From Spirochaetia bacterium (lineage in GTDB: Bacteria > Spirochaetota > Spirochaetia > CADAEX01), in assembly GCA_963662265.2 (NCBI GenBank), contig CAXXHA010000010.1:1-64000 (forward strand): 64,000 nt of DNA. The letters run 5' to 3'. This document shows positions 56,415-64,000 of this stretch, piece after piece. The notes below the pieces were generated by a model that had not been told where the DNA came from, searched no databases, and worked only from the letters and a program-made list of their open reading frames with translations. Position 1 is the stretch's first letter. Every line of letters starts with the position of its first letter. The translations under genes were made by a program, and so were the position numbers.

Positions 56415-59402
56415 ATGAATAATCCTCTTGCATCCAAGTTTCATTTCAAGGAAACCCCATTTAAACAGCTTATGGATAAAAGGATAAATGACATACTCCT
56501 TGTATGCAGCAAATATGACAAATTCATGCTTGATGAAGACGGCAGAATTGATGAACAGCTTTTCCAGGAATATGTGTCCCTCAACCTCCGCTATCCTCCC
56601 CGTTTCACACATGTTTCAACAGAGGAAGAAGCTTTTGAAAAGCTCTACACGGAGAATTTCGACCTTGTAATTACAATGCTCAACTTCAAGGGAACACTCG
56701 TTCTTGACCTTGCGGAAAACATAAAAACAGCATATCCCGATATACCTGTAGTTGTATTGAGCCCGTTTTCAAAGGCTATTTCAAAGAAACTTCAGGCTCT
56801 TCAAAATGTCAAGGCAGACTATATTTTCTCATGGCTCGGCAATGCAAGGCTGCTGCTGGCAATTGTAAAACTTATTGAGGATAAAATGAATGTTGAGCAT
56901 GATGTGGAAATCGCAGGTGTTCAGACAATTATTCTTGTAGAAGACTCAATCCGTTACTATTCAAGTTACCTGCCCAACATATACAGGCTTCTTTTCCGGC
57001 AGGCCAGAAGGATTATGGAAGAGGGGTTAAATGAATATCAGCAGAATACAAGGATGAGAGGAAGGCCGAAAATTCTCCTTGCAACTTCCTATGAGGAGGC
57101 TATCGAGCTTTATGAAAAATACAAGAACAATACTCTCGGTGTAATTTCCGATATCGGATATAAACGGGAAGGTGTTGAAGACCCTGTTGCAGGGCTGAAA
57201 CTGAGCAGACTGATTCGGGAGGAAAACACAGATGTTCCCATACTGCTTCAGTCGGCCCAGCTTGACCTTAAGGAGGAGGCCTCCACATATAACGCATCCT
57301 TTATCTACAAGCACTCTGAGACCCTGCTTAAAGAGCTGAGAGACTATATCAAAGACAATTACGGCTTCGGAGACTTTATATTCAAAGACCCTGAAGGGAT
57401 GACTCTTGAAAAGGCGAGAAACCTCAAAGAGCTTCAGGAAAAACTCGCAATTGTTCCAAACTATTCTGTCGAACACCATATCAGACAGAACCACTTTTCA
57501 AAGTGGATGAGGGCAAGAGCGCTTTTTACACTTGCAGAAATTTTCAAGCCTATCCAGCTCAAGGATTTTGACGGGTCTCTTCTTGAGACAAAAAAGTATC
57601 TTATTGAAATTATCAAGCTCTACAGAAAACAGACCGGAAAGGGTTCAATCGCAAGTTTTGACAACAACAGGTTTGATGATTTTACATCATTCGCAAGAAT
57701 CGGGGACGGTTCACTCGGGGGAAAAGCAAGAGGTCTCGCTTTCATTGATAATATAATTAAAAGGCATGACCTTCTGTTCAAATACAAGAACATAACAATC
57801 AGTATCCCTAAAACAATTGTTCTTTCAACATCTGTCTTTGAAGATTTCATGGACCTAAACAACCTGTACAGTACAGCTCACTCAATAAAAACAGACAAGC
57901 TTATGTTAAACGCGTTTCTCCAGGCGGAACTGCCGGAATATATGCATGAATATATAAAAACAATCCTGACTGTAGTAACCAGGCCTATTGCAGTAAGATC
58001 ATCCAGTCTTCTCGAAGACTCACTCTACCAGCCTTTTGCGGGAGTTTATGCAACATACATGCTTCCAAACAACAACGAAGACCTTAAAATCAGGTGTCTT
58101 CAGCTGGAACAGGCTGTAAAAAGTGTTTTTGCATCAACATATTCCAGAAAAAGCAAGGCATATATTTCTGCAACAAAAAATGTAATTGACGAGGAAAAAA
58201 TGGGTGTAATAATCCAGGAAGTGACCGGACAGGAGCATGACGGGTATTTCTATCCCGATTTTGCAGGAGTTGCCAGATCATACAACTACTACCCTCTTCC
58301 TAATGAAAAAACTGAAGAGGGGATAGCAGATATTGCTCTGGGGCTTGGTAAGACTGTTGTTGAGGGGGGAACAGGCCTGAGATTTTCACCTTCCCATCCA
58401 AAAAAAAACATAATGTTTTCTTCAGTTGATACTGCCCTCAAATCAAGCCAGAAAGTTTTTCACGCCCTGGACTTAAGCCCGTACAGTTTTACTCCTTCGA
58501 TAGACCAGGAGGAAAATATTCCCCGTCTGGATATTGACAGGGCATTTGAAAACCCGACATTCAAGTATATCGGATCTACATATGACATGCAGAACAATGC
58601 AATCAAGGACACAGTAAATGCTCAGGGAAAGAAAATTGTTACATTTGCCGGAATTCTCAAGTACAAAATGTTTCCCATTGCAGACATACTCAAGGAACTA
58701 CTTGCAATAGGTCATGAATCAATGCAGTGCCCTGTTGAAATTGAATTTGCTGTCAATTTAAGCCCGAATCCTGAAATACCGCACAAATTCAGCTTTCTTC
58801 AGATCAGGCCGATAGTAGAAGGGCTTGAAGCGATTGACCTCAATATCAACAACTACACAAAAGAAGATAAAATTATCCATTCAGATAAAGCCCTCGGAAA
58901 CGGAAAATATGAACAAATTCATGATTTTGTTTATATAAAACATGAAAGCTTTGATCCTGCACATACCCAGACTATGGCAGATACCCTGGACAGGATAAAC
59001 AACCAGTTTATTGAAGAAGACAGGAACTATATTCTCGAAGTTCCGGGCAGGCTGGGATCATCAGATCCGTGGCTGGGTATTCCTGTAAGCTGGGCCCAGA
59101 TATGCAATGCAAGGGTAATCATAGAATCCGGTCTTGAAAATTTCCAGGTTGAACCAAGCCAGGGGACCCACTTCTTCCACAATATAACTTCACTGAATAT
59201 TGCCTACTTCACAATCAACCCGTTTTATAAAGACGGATTTATCAACCTTGACTTCCTTAAAGAAGCAGAGGCTGTTTACGAGGATGAATTTATAAGACAC
59301 ATAAGGTTTGAAAAAACAATAAAGGTATTTGTTGACGGCAAGGACAGAAAAGGAATTATACTGAAACCGGGAGTAGGCGCTATTGATATGATGAACCTTT
59401 AA
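56415..59402 (+). CDS. PEP-synthase/PPDK N-terminal (ATP-grasp) domain protein with receiver-like N-terminal domains
   Basis: GSLGGKARGL, AVRSSSLLEDS..QPFAGVY, EEKMGVIIQEV, VEIEFA..LQIRP, PSQGTHFFHN; N-terminal ILLV.../LVEDSIRYYS receiver-like segments. Confidence 0.85.
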   Translation: MNNPLASKFHFKETPFKQLMDKRINDILLVCSKYDKFMLDEDGRIDEQLFQEYVSLNLRYPPRFTHVSTEEEAFEKLYTENFDLVITMLNFKGTLVLDLAENIKTAYPDIPVVVLSPFSKAISKKLQALQNVKADYIFSWLGNARLLLAIVKLIEDKMNVEHDVEIAGVQTIILVEDSIRYYSSYLPNIYRLLFRQARRIMEEGLNEYQQNTRMRGRPKILLATSYEEAIELYEKYKNNTLGVISDIGYKREGVEDPVAGLKLSRLIREENTDVPILLQSAQLDLKEEASTYNASFIYKHSETLLKELRDYIKDNYGFGDFIFKDPEGMTLEKARNLKELQEKLAIVPNYSVEHHIRQNHFSKWMRARALFTLAEIFKPIQLKDFDGSLLETKKYLIEIIKLYRKQTGKGSIASFDNNRFDDFTSFARIGDGSLGGKARGLAFIDNIIKRHDLLFKYKNITISIPKTIVLSTSVFEDFMDLNNLYSTAHSIKTDKLMLNAFLQAELPEYMHEYIKTILTVVTRPIAVRSSSLLEDSLYQPFAGVYATYMLPNNNEDLKIRCLQLEQAVKSVFASTYSRKSKAYISATKNVIDEEKMGVIIQEVTGQEHDGYFYPDFAGVARSYNYYPLPNEKTEEGIADIALGLGKTVVEGGTGLRFSPSHPKKNIMFSSVDTALKSSQKVFHALDLSPYSFTPSIDQEENIPRLDIDRAFENPTFKYIGSTYDMQNNAIKDTVNAQGKKIVTFAGILKYKMFPIADILKELLAIGHESMQCPVEIEFAVNLSPNPEIPHKFSFLQIRPIVEGLEAIDLNINNYTKEDKIIHSDKALGNGKYEQIHDFVYIKHESFDPAHTQTMADTLDRINNQFIEEDRNYILEVPGRLGSSDPWLGIPVSWAQICNARVIIESGLENFQVEPSQGTHFFHNITSLNIAYFTINPFYKDGFINLDFLKEAEAVYEDEFIRHIRFEKTIKVFVDGKDRKGIILKPGVGAIDMMNL

Positions 59403-59449
59403 CAGGAGAAACTCATAAGACTGGAAATATTTTTCAGTTTTTAAGAAGG

Positions 59450-59488
59450 GGCGCTTTGTAATCAGATCAATTACAGGGCGCCTTTTTT
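59450..59488 (+). terminator. Intrinsic terminator
   Basis: GGCGCTTTGTAAT/ATTACAGGGCGCC stem plus T6. Confidence 0.75.
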
Positions 59489-59593
59489 ATATTCATCCGG
59501 CTCAAGGCAGCTGTTATTAAGACCTTATCCAGCAGTGAAAACGGTAAATATATAATCCGGAAAATGTAAAATACTGCAGTCCGGGATTAAAAA

Positions 59594-60298
59594 TCATACA
59601 GATTTCTCAGGCGGGGCAAGAAGCTTCATCTCCTTCTTTTTCCTCCGTTTTTCCCGCTCTGCAGCCCTCTCTGCAATTGTTTTCTGAAGCTTTTCAAGCG
59701 CTATTTCACCTGCAATTATCAGGGCATTTACACCTGACAGGATCTTGTGCTCTTTCCAGGAAATCCTGCCGTTCTTGGGCTTATAGACAAGATCATGCTC
59801 AATCTCTGCCCAGGAATGCATGAGAATAGAGGCAACCTGTATTTCAATCATTGTATTTCTGAATTTATCTGAAAAATCACTGTCTTTAAGATAAACACGG
59901 TAGTGATTGGCACAGTATTCTGCCTTGTTGATTTTCGGCCGTTTTCTTTTCCGGTCGTTTTTTTCGGGAAAAGTCTTGCATTTTACGACATTGAACTTTT
60001 CCCTGATTATCCGGTCAACTGCGTCCCGTTCATTTGGAAAGTAAAGAGCTATTCTCACACCTGCAAGATCATATATATCTTCCCTTATCTGCTCTTCATT
60101 TTCATAGTTTCTGGTTTTAAATCTTCTTTCAATTTTTTCCCTGAGAGAGTCAGCCTTCTTGGCCCTGGAAGATATAATTGATTTTATACCTGCAGCCTTC
60201 ATTGCATCATCAGTAATTTCCTGCGAAATATAAGCCAGTTTAATATAAAAATCATAATCCTCTTTATACTTCTCTACAAACTGATCAATTAATTCCAA
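59594..60298 (-). CDS. Small alarmone synthetase (RelA/SpoT synthetase domain)
   Basis: RAKKADSLREK, DLAGVRI, EYCANHY, EIQVASILMHSWAEIEHDLVYK. Confidence 0.88.
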   Translation of the reverse strand: MELIDQFVEKYKEDYDFYIKLAYISQEITDDAMKAAGIKSIISSRAKKADSLREKIERRFKTRNYENEEQIREDIYDLAGVRIALYFPNERDAVDRIIREKFNVVKCKTFPEKNDRKRKRPKINKAEYCANHYRVYLKDSDFSDKFRNTMIEIQVASILMHSWAEIEHDLVYKPKNGRISWKEHKILSGVNALIIAGEIALEKLQKTIAERAAEREKRRKKKEMKLLAPPEKSV

Positions 60299-61011
60299 CT
60301 AAAACCCCCTTTCCAACTTTTTTATTTTTCCGGTTCCGGGTTTGATAACAAATCAAAACCATATTCTTTATGAATCAGATTTCCTGTTATCACGGTCTGA
60401 ATATATAATAATACGGATTCTCCGTTTCTCAAAGAAATCATTTGCTCTCATGTTTTTCAGGTTTTTTATCTTATGCTGCCTTTCATTGCAGTTTTTTAAA
60501 CTCTTATAAAACTGTTAAGGGGCAGAAAAAACAATGATGCTGTCCGGATTATCAAAACCCGGGCAGCATCACATGTGATAGATATTCCGGCGGAAGTATT
60601 CAAGTACAAACCGGAGAAATTATAGAGCTGCCTGTTCTGATTCAGGCATCTCTCGCTTCCCTTTCTAATATAAAAAACAACAGAAGCCAAGGTACTGTTA
60701 CAGCTTATAACAGTTAGTTTATAAAGTTATATTTTGTTAATATTTGTTATTAAAAATGATCATTGCTTATTTATAAAAAACAACTCTTTCGCAATGCCTT
60801 GAGGGATTTCAGCGTGCAGCTGTCTCCGGCACAATGATGTTACCCGCACCCGGACTGCAGGCAAAAGCCTGTTCCGCACACAGAACCGGCTCCCCCCTCA
60901 TTTTAGATGCTGTAAATTGCAACAAACAGTTGTTTATTATTCCCGCATACTATAGATAGCTTCAATTTTCTCTAATTGACTCAAACAATTCAAAAAATGT
61001 ATCATGCCTTC

Positions 61012-63438
61012 ATGAGTAAATATCCATTTCACGAAATCGAAAAAAAATGGCAGAACTACTGGGAAGAGAACAATACTTTCCAGGTCACAGAAGATGAATC
61101 AATTCCTGTAGAGAAAAGAAAATATGTGCTGGATATGTTTCCCTACCCGTCAGGGGCAGGGCTTCATGTAGGTCATCCTGAAGGATATACAGCAACAGAT
61201 ATATACTGCAGATTCCTAAAGATGAACGGATACGCAGTTCTTCACCCTATGGGATTTGACTCTTTCGGACTGCCTGCAGAAAATTATGCAATCAAGACCG
61301 GGACACACCCCGGGGTATCAACACAGAACAACATAGACAAATTCAGAGAACAGATTAAGGCTCTCGGATTCTGCTATGACTGGAGCAGAGAAGTTTCCAC
61401 ACATACTGCTGAATACTATAAGTGGACACAGTGGATCTTCCTGAAACTCTATGAAAAAGGGCTTGCCTACGAATCAGAAATGCCTATCAACTTCTGCCCG
61501 TCCTGTAAAACAGGGCTTGCAAACGAAGAGGTAAAAGACGGCAAGTGCGAAAGATGTAATACACAGGTTATCAGGAAAAGCATCAGACAGTGGATGCTTA
61601 AGATTACCAAGTATGCAGACAGGCTTCTTCACGAACTTGATGAACTTGACTGGTCTGAAGCTATCAAGACTATGCAGAGGAACTGGATCGGAAGAAGTGA
61701 AGGCGCAAATGTAGTATTCCCCATGGAAAACTCATCTGATTCCATTGAGGTTTATACAACTAGACCGGATACTCTCTTCGGCGCTACATACATGGTACTT
61801 GCTCCCGAGCATCCTCTTGTACAGAAAATCACAACTGCAGATCAGAAATCAGCTGTTGAAGAATATATAAAAAAGGCAAGCTACAAGTCAGACCTTGAAA
61901 GAACAGACCTTGCAAAGGAAAAAAGCGGTGTTTTCACCGGAGCCTATGCTGTTAACCCTGTAAATGACGAGAAAATCCCTGTGTGGATTTCCGACTATGT
62001 TCTTATAACATACGGTACAGGAGCTATCATGGCTGTTCCTGCTCATGATGAGAGGGACTTCGAGTTTGCACAGCTTTTCAACCTTCCGATAATCCAGGTT
62101 GTTTCAGAAGACGGTTCACTCTATAAACTTGATCAGGCCTATGTGGCAAAAGAGGACGGCGTTGCTGTCAACTCTGCCCAGTTCACAGGCATGAAAACAC
62201 CCGATGTTATCAGAGAGATGATTAAATGGCTCGAAGAAACCGGAAGAGGAAAGAAAACAGTCAACTACAAGCTCAGGGACTGGATCTTCTCAAGACAAAG
62301 ATACTGGGGAGAGCCGATTCCTATAGTACACTGCGAAGAGTGCGGTATTGTCCCTCTTGATGAGAAAGACCTGCCCCTCACACTTCCTGAAGTGGAATCA
62401 TACACTCCTACAGGTACAGGGGAATCTCCTCTTGCTGCAATTGACGAATGGGTAAACACAACATGCCCCAAATGCGGCGGCAAGGCAAAGAGAGAAACAA
62501 ATACAATGCCCCAGTGGGCAGGTTCCTGCTGGTACTACCTCAGGTTTATCGATCCCCACAACACAGAGGAATTTGTTTCAAAAGAAAAGGAAAACTACTG
62601 GATGCCTGTAGATCTTTATGTAGGGGGAGCAGAACATGCAGTACTCCACCTCCTCTATTCAAGATTCTGGCACAAGGTACTTCATGATATAGGTGCTGTA
62701 AGCACAGTTGAACCTTTCCAGAGACTGGTTAACCAGGGAATGATTCTCGGCGAGGGCGGGGTGAAAATGTCAAAATCCCTCGGCAATGTTATCAATCCTG
62801 ATGATGTAATCAAGGATTTCGGCGCAGACTCAATGAGAATGTATGAAATGTTCATGGGACCTTTAAGTGTGTCAAAACCATGGTCAACAACAGGGATCTC
62901 AGGTGTATACCGGTTCCTCGACAGGGTCTGGAGACTTTCCGAAGAGAGAGAACTAATCAACGAAGAAGCACCAGAGGCGCTTGATAAGCTCCTTCACAAG
63001 ACTATAAAGAAAGTAACACACGATACAAATAATCTTGAATTCAACACTGCGATCTCGCAGATGATGATTTTCATAAACGACCTCTACAAAGATACAAAGC
63101 TTTACAGGGGAATGTGGGAGAAATTCATCAGGCTTCTTGCGCCTTATGCTCCCCATATTGCGGAAGAGCTCTGGGAAAAAGCGGGAAACAAACCTGCAGT
63201 ATCTCTTGAAAGCTGGCCTGAATTCGATGAAGCAAAGACTATTGAAAGTGAAGTTACAATAGTGCTTCAGATCAACAGTAAAAACAGAAGCAAGGTGGAA
63301 ATGGCCAAGGGTTCTTCAAAAGAGGAACTTGAAAAAGCTGCCCTTGAAAACAGCAGAATCAAAGAGCTTACCGAAGGTAAGAAAATAGTCAAGATAATTG
63401 CTGTTCCTGACAAACTGGTAAACATCATTGCTAAGTAA
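61012..63438 (+). CDS. leuS: Leucine--tRNA ligase
   Basis: [14 protein letters not shown] (HIGH), YTTRPDT editing domain, SRQRYWG, KMSKS; ATG 61012 preferred. Confidence 0.97.
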   Translation: MSKYPFHEIEKKWQNYWEENNTFQVTEDESIPVEKRKYVLDMFPYPSGAGLHVGHPEGYTATDIYCRFLKMNGYAVLHPMGFDSFGLPAENYAIKTGTHPGVSTQNNIDKFREQIKALGFCYDWSREVSTHTAEYYKWTQWIFLKLYEKGLAYESEMPINFCPSCKTGLANEEVKDGKCERCNTQVIRKSIRQWMLKITKYADRLLHELDELDWSEAIKTMQRNWIGRSEGANVVFPMENSSDSIEVYTTRPDTLFGATYMVLAPEHPLVQKITTADQKSAVEEYIKKASYKSDLERTDLAKEKSGVFTGAYAVNPVNDEKIPVWISDYVLITYGTGAIMAVPAHDERDFEFAQLFNLPIIQVVSEDGSLYKLDQAYVAKEDGVAVNSAQFTGMKTPDVIREMIKWLEETGRGKKTVNYKLRDWIFSRQRYWGEPIPIVHCEECGIVPLDEKDLPLTLPEVESYTPTGTGESPLAAIDEWVNTTCPKCGGKAKRETNTMPQWAGSCWYYLRFIDPHNTEEFVSKEKENYWMPVDLYVGGAEHAVLHLLYSRFWHKVLHDIGAVSTVEPFQRLVNQGMILGEGGVKMSKSLGNVINPDDVIKDFGADSMRMYEMFMGPLSVSKPWSTTGISGVYRFLDRVWRLSEERELINEEAPEALDKLLHKTIKKVTHDTNNLEFNTAISQMMIFINDLYKDTKLYRGMWEKFIRLLAPYAPHIAEELWEKAGNKPAVSLESWPEFDEAKTIESEVTIVLQINSKNRSKVEMAKGSSKEELEKAALENSRIKELTEGKKIVKIIAVPDKLVNIIAK

Positions 63439-64000
63439 TTCAGCATCAGACACATATAAAACAAGGCAGGCGGACTTCTCCTCCCGGTTAAAACGGGAGG
63501 GGATTTTCGCCTCTGTTATTTCTGACTTCGAGAATTCCAGAAATTCTTCACTCAGATACCTTTCCGGACATCCGATGGATGCTCTTCTTATCATCTTTGC
63601 AGACTCAGACTCTGTCCTTATCCCCTGGGATGTAAACCTGGCAGGCCAGTTTGCTTCGGTATCGGAGATTGTTCCCTTCACAGATTTCAACAGAAACTTT
63701 CTTCTTGCAGTCAGGAAAAGTGCAGAAAACAAGCTTGATTCAGAACAGGGAAGAAAACTCCTCGAAGAACTTTCAGGATTCAGAGGTAATAATGATAAAA
63801 CCGGAAGCGGGAAAAGCATAATTAACGGCAACTCATCGGAAACATTCATAGATATACATGATTCAGCAGCTGCAGGCAGTCAGGAAAAAGATCAGCATTA
63901 TTCAGAAAACTCAGCTGAAACTGCTGCTGAGTGTGAATTAAAGACATCTACAGCCGTTCTCCATGACAGGGTACATGTTTACAGAAAACCTGTGCTTGAA
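63428..64000 (+). CDS. Probable Xaa-Pro (M24) peptidase N-terminal part, runs off the right edge
   Basis: Not in the ORF track. Open frame from TTG 63428 (or ATG 63575) to the end: YKTRQ...[34 protein letters not shown]...PWDVNLA, a creatinase/prolidase-N-like pattern. The catalytic domain is not visible. Confidence 0.55.
   Translation, partial: MLSNSASDTYKTRQADFSSRLKREGIFASVISDFENSRNSSLRYLSGHPMDALLIIFADSDSVLIPWDVNLAGQFASVSEIVPFTDFNRNFLLAVRKSAENKLDSEQGRKLLEELSGFRGNNDKTGSGKSIINGNSSETFIDIHDSAAAGSQEKDQHYSENSAETAAECELKTSTAVLHDRVHVYRKPVLE

Noticed and set aside
60300-60975. T-box leader for leuS or an antitoxin ORF for the SAS
   Set aside because: No T-box consensus or RBS-led ORF; leuS has a promoter immediately before its ATG.
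175-63464. Numerous 60-200 aa ORFs overlapping larger genes (e.g. 743-1327, 10768-11364, 50840-51271, 57027-57494)
   Set aside because: They are antisense or off-frame shadows of well-supported genes, without RBS or recognisable motifs.
63316-63849. 177-aa minus-strand ORF, and the hairpin at 63478-63502 as a leuS terminator
   Set aside because: The ORF is an antisense shadow of the plus-strand frame from 63428; the hairpin lies inside that frame and lacks a clean U-tail.

Overview
Bacterial chromosomal window with roughly 50 CDS; LeuS, RadA, the TraB-family protein and the MCP have the style of a free-living spirochaete (inference). Most of it is housekeeping and metabolism: rex, serC-serA, radA, tkt, rpiB, pyk, rtcB, creD with a two-component pair, gdhA, leuS, metal-homeostasis clusters and an RpiR-controlled catabolic operon. 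Two regions stand out. (1) A minus-strand defence island at 39992-44818 encodes a GHKL kinase, a STAS-wHTH repressor, a DUF2188 protein, an HNH-SAVED effector, a CD-NTase and a stand-alone E2/SEC-C protein, i.e. a kinase-regulated CBASS with a duplicated candidate operator. (2) The 2.2-kb gap at 52640-54870 next to gdhA looks empty but holds four tandem paralogous sigma70 transcription units sharing a TATCGATA operator. They encode two related 31-33 aa membrane peptides, a 47-aa HTH-like peptide and structured RNA with a covarying stem and anti-Shine-Dalgarno loops; this is my best candidate for an undescribed system. Also notable: an RHH/Cys-rich candidate zinc regulator with a duplicated 17-bp operator, a possible internal AraC-driven promoter, several apparently leaderless genes and a non-canonical rtcB start. 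No rRNA, tRNA, CRISPR array or intact transposase was seen. All family calls come from reading motifs by eye; no searches were run.
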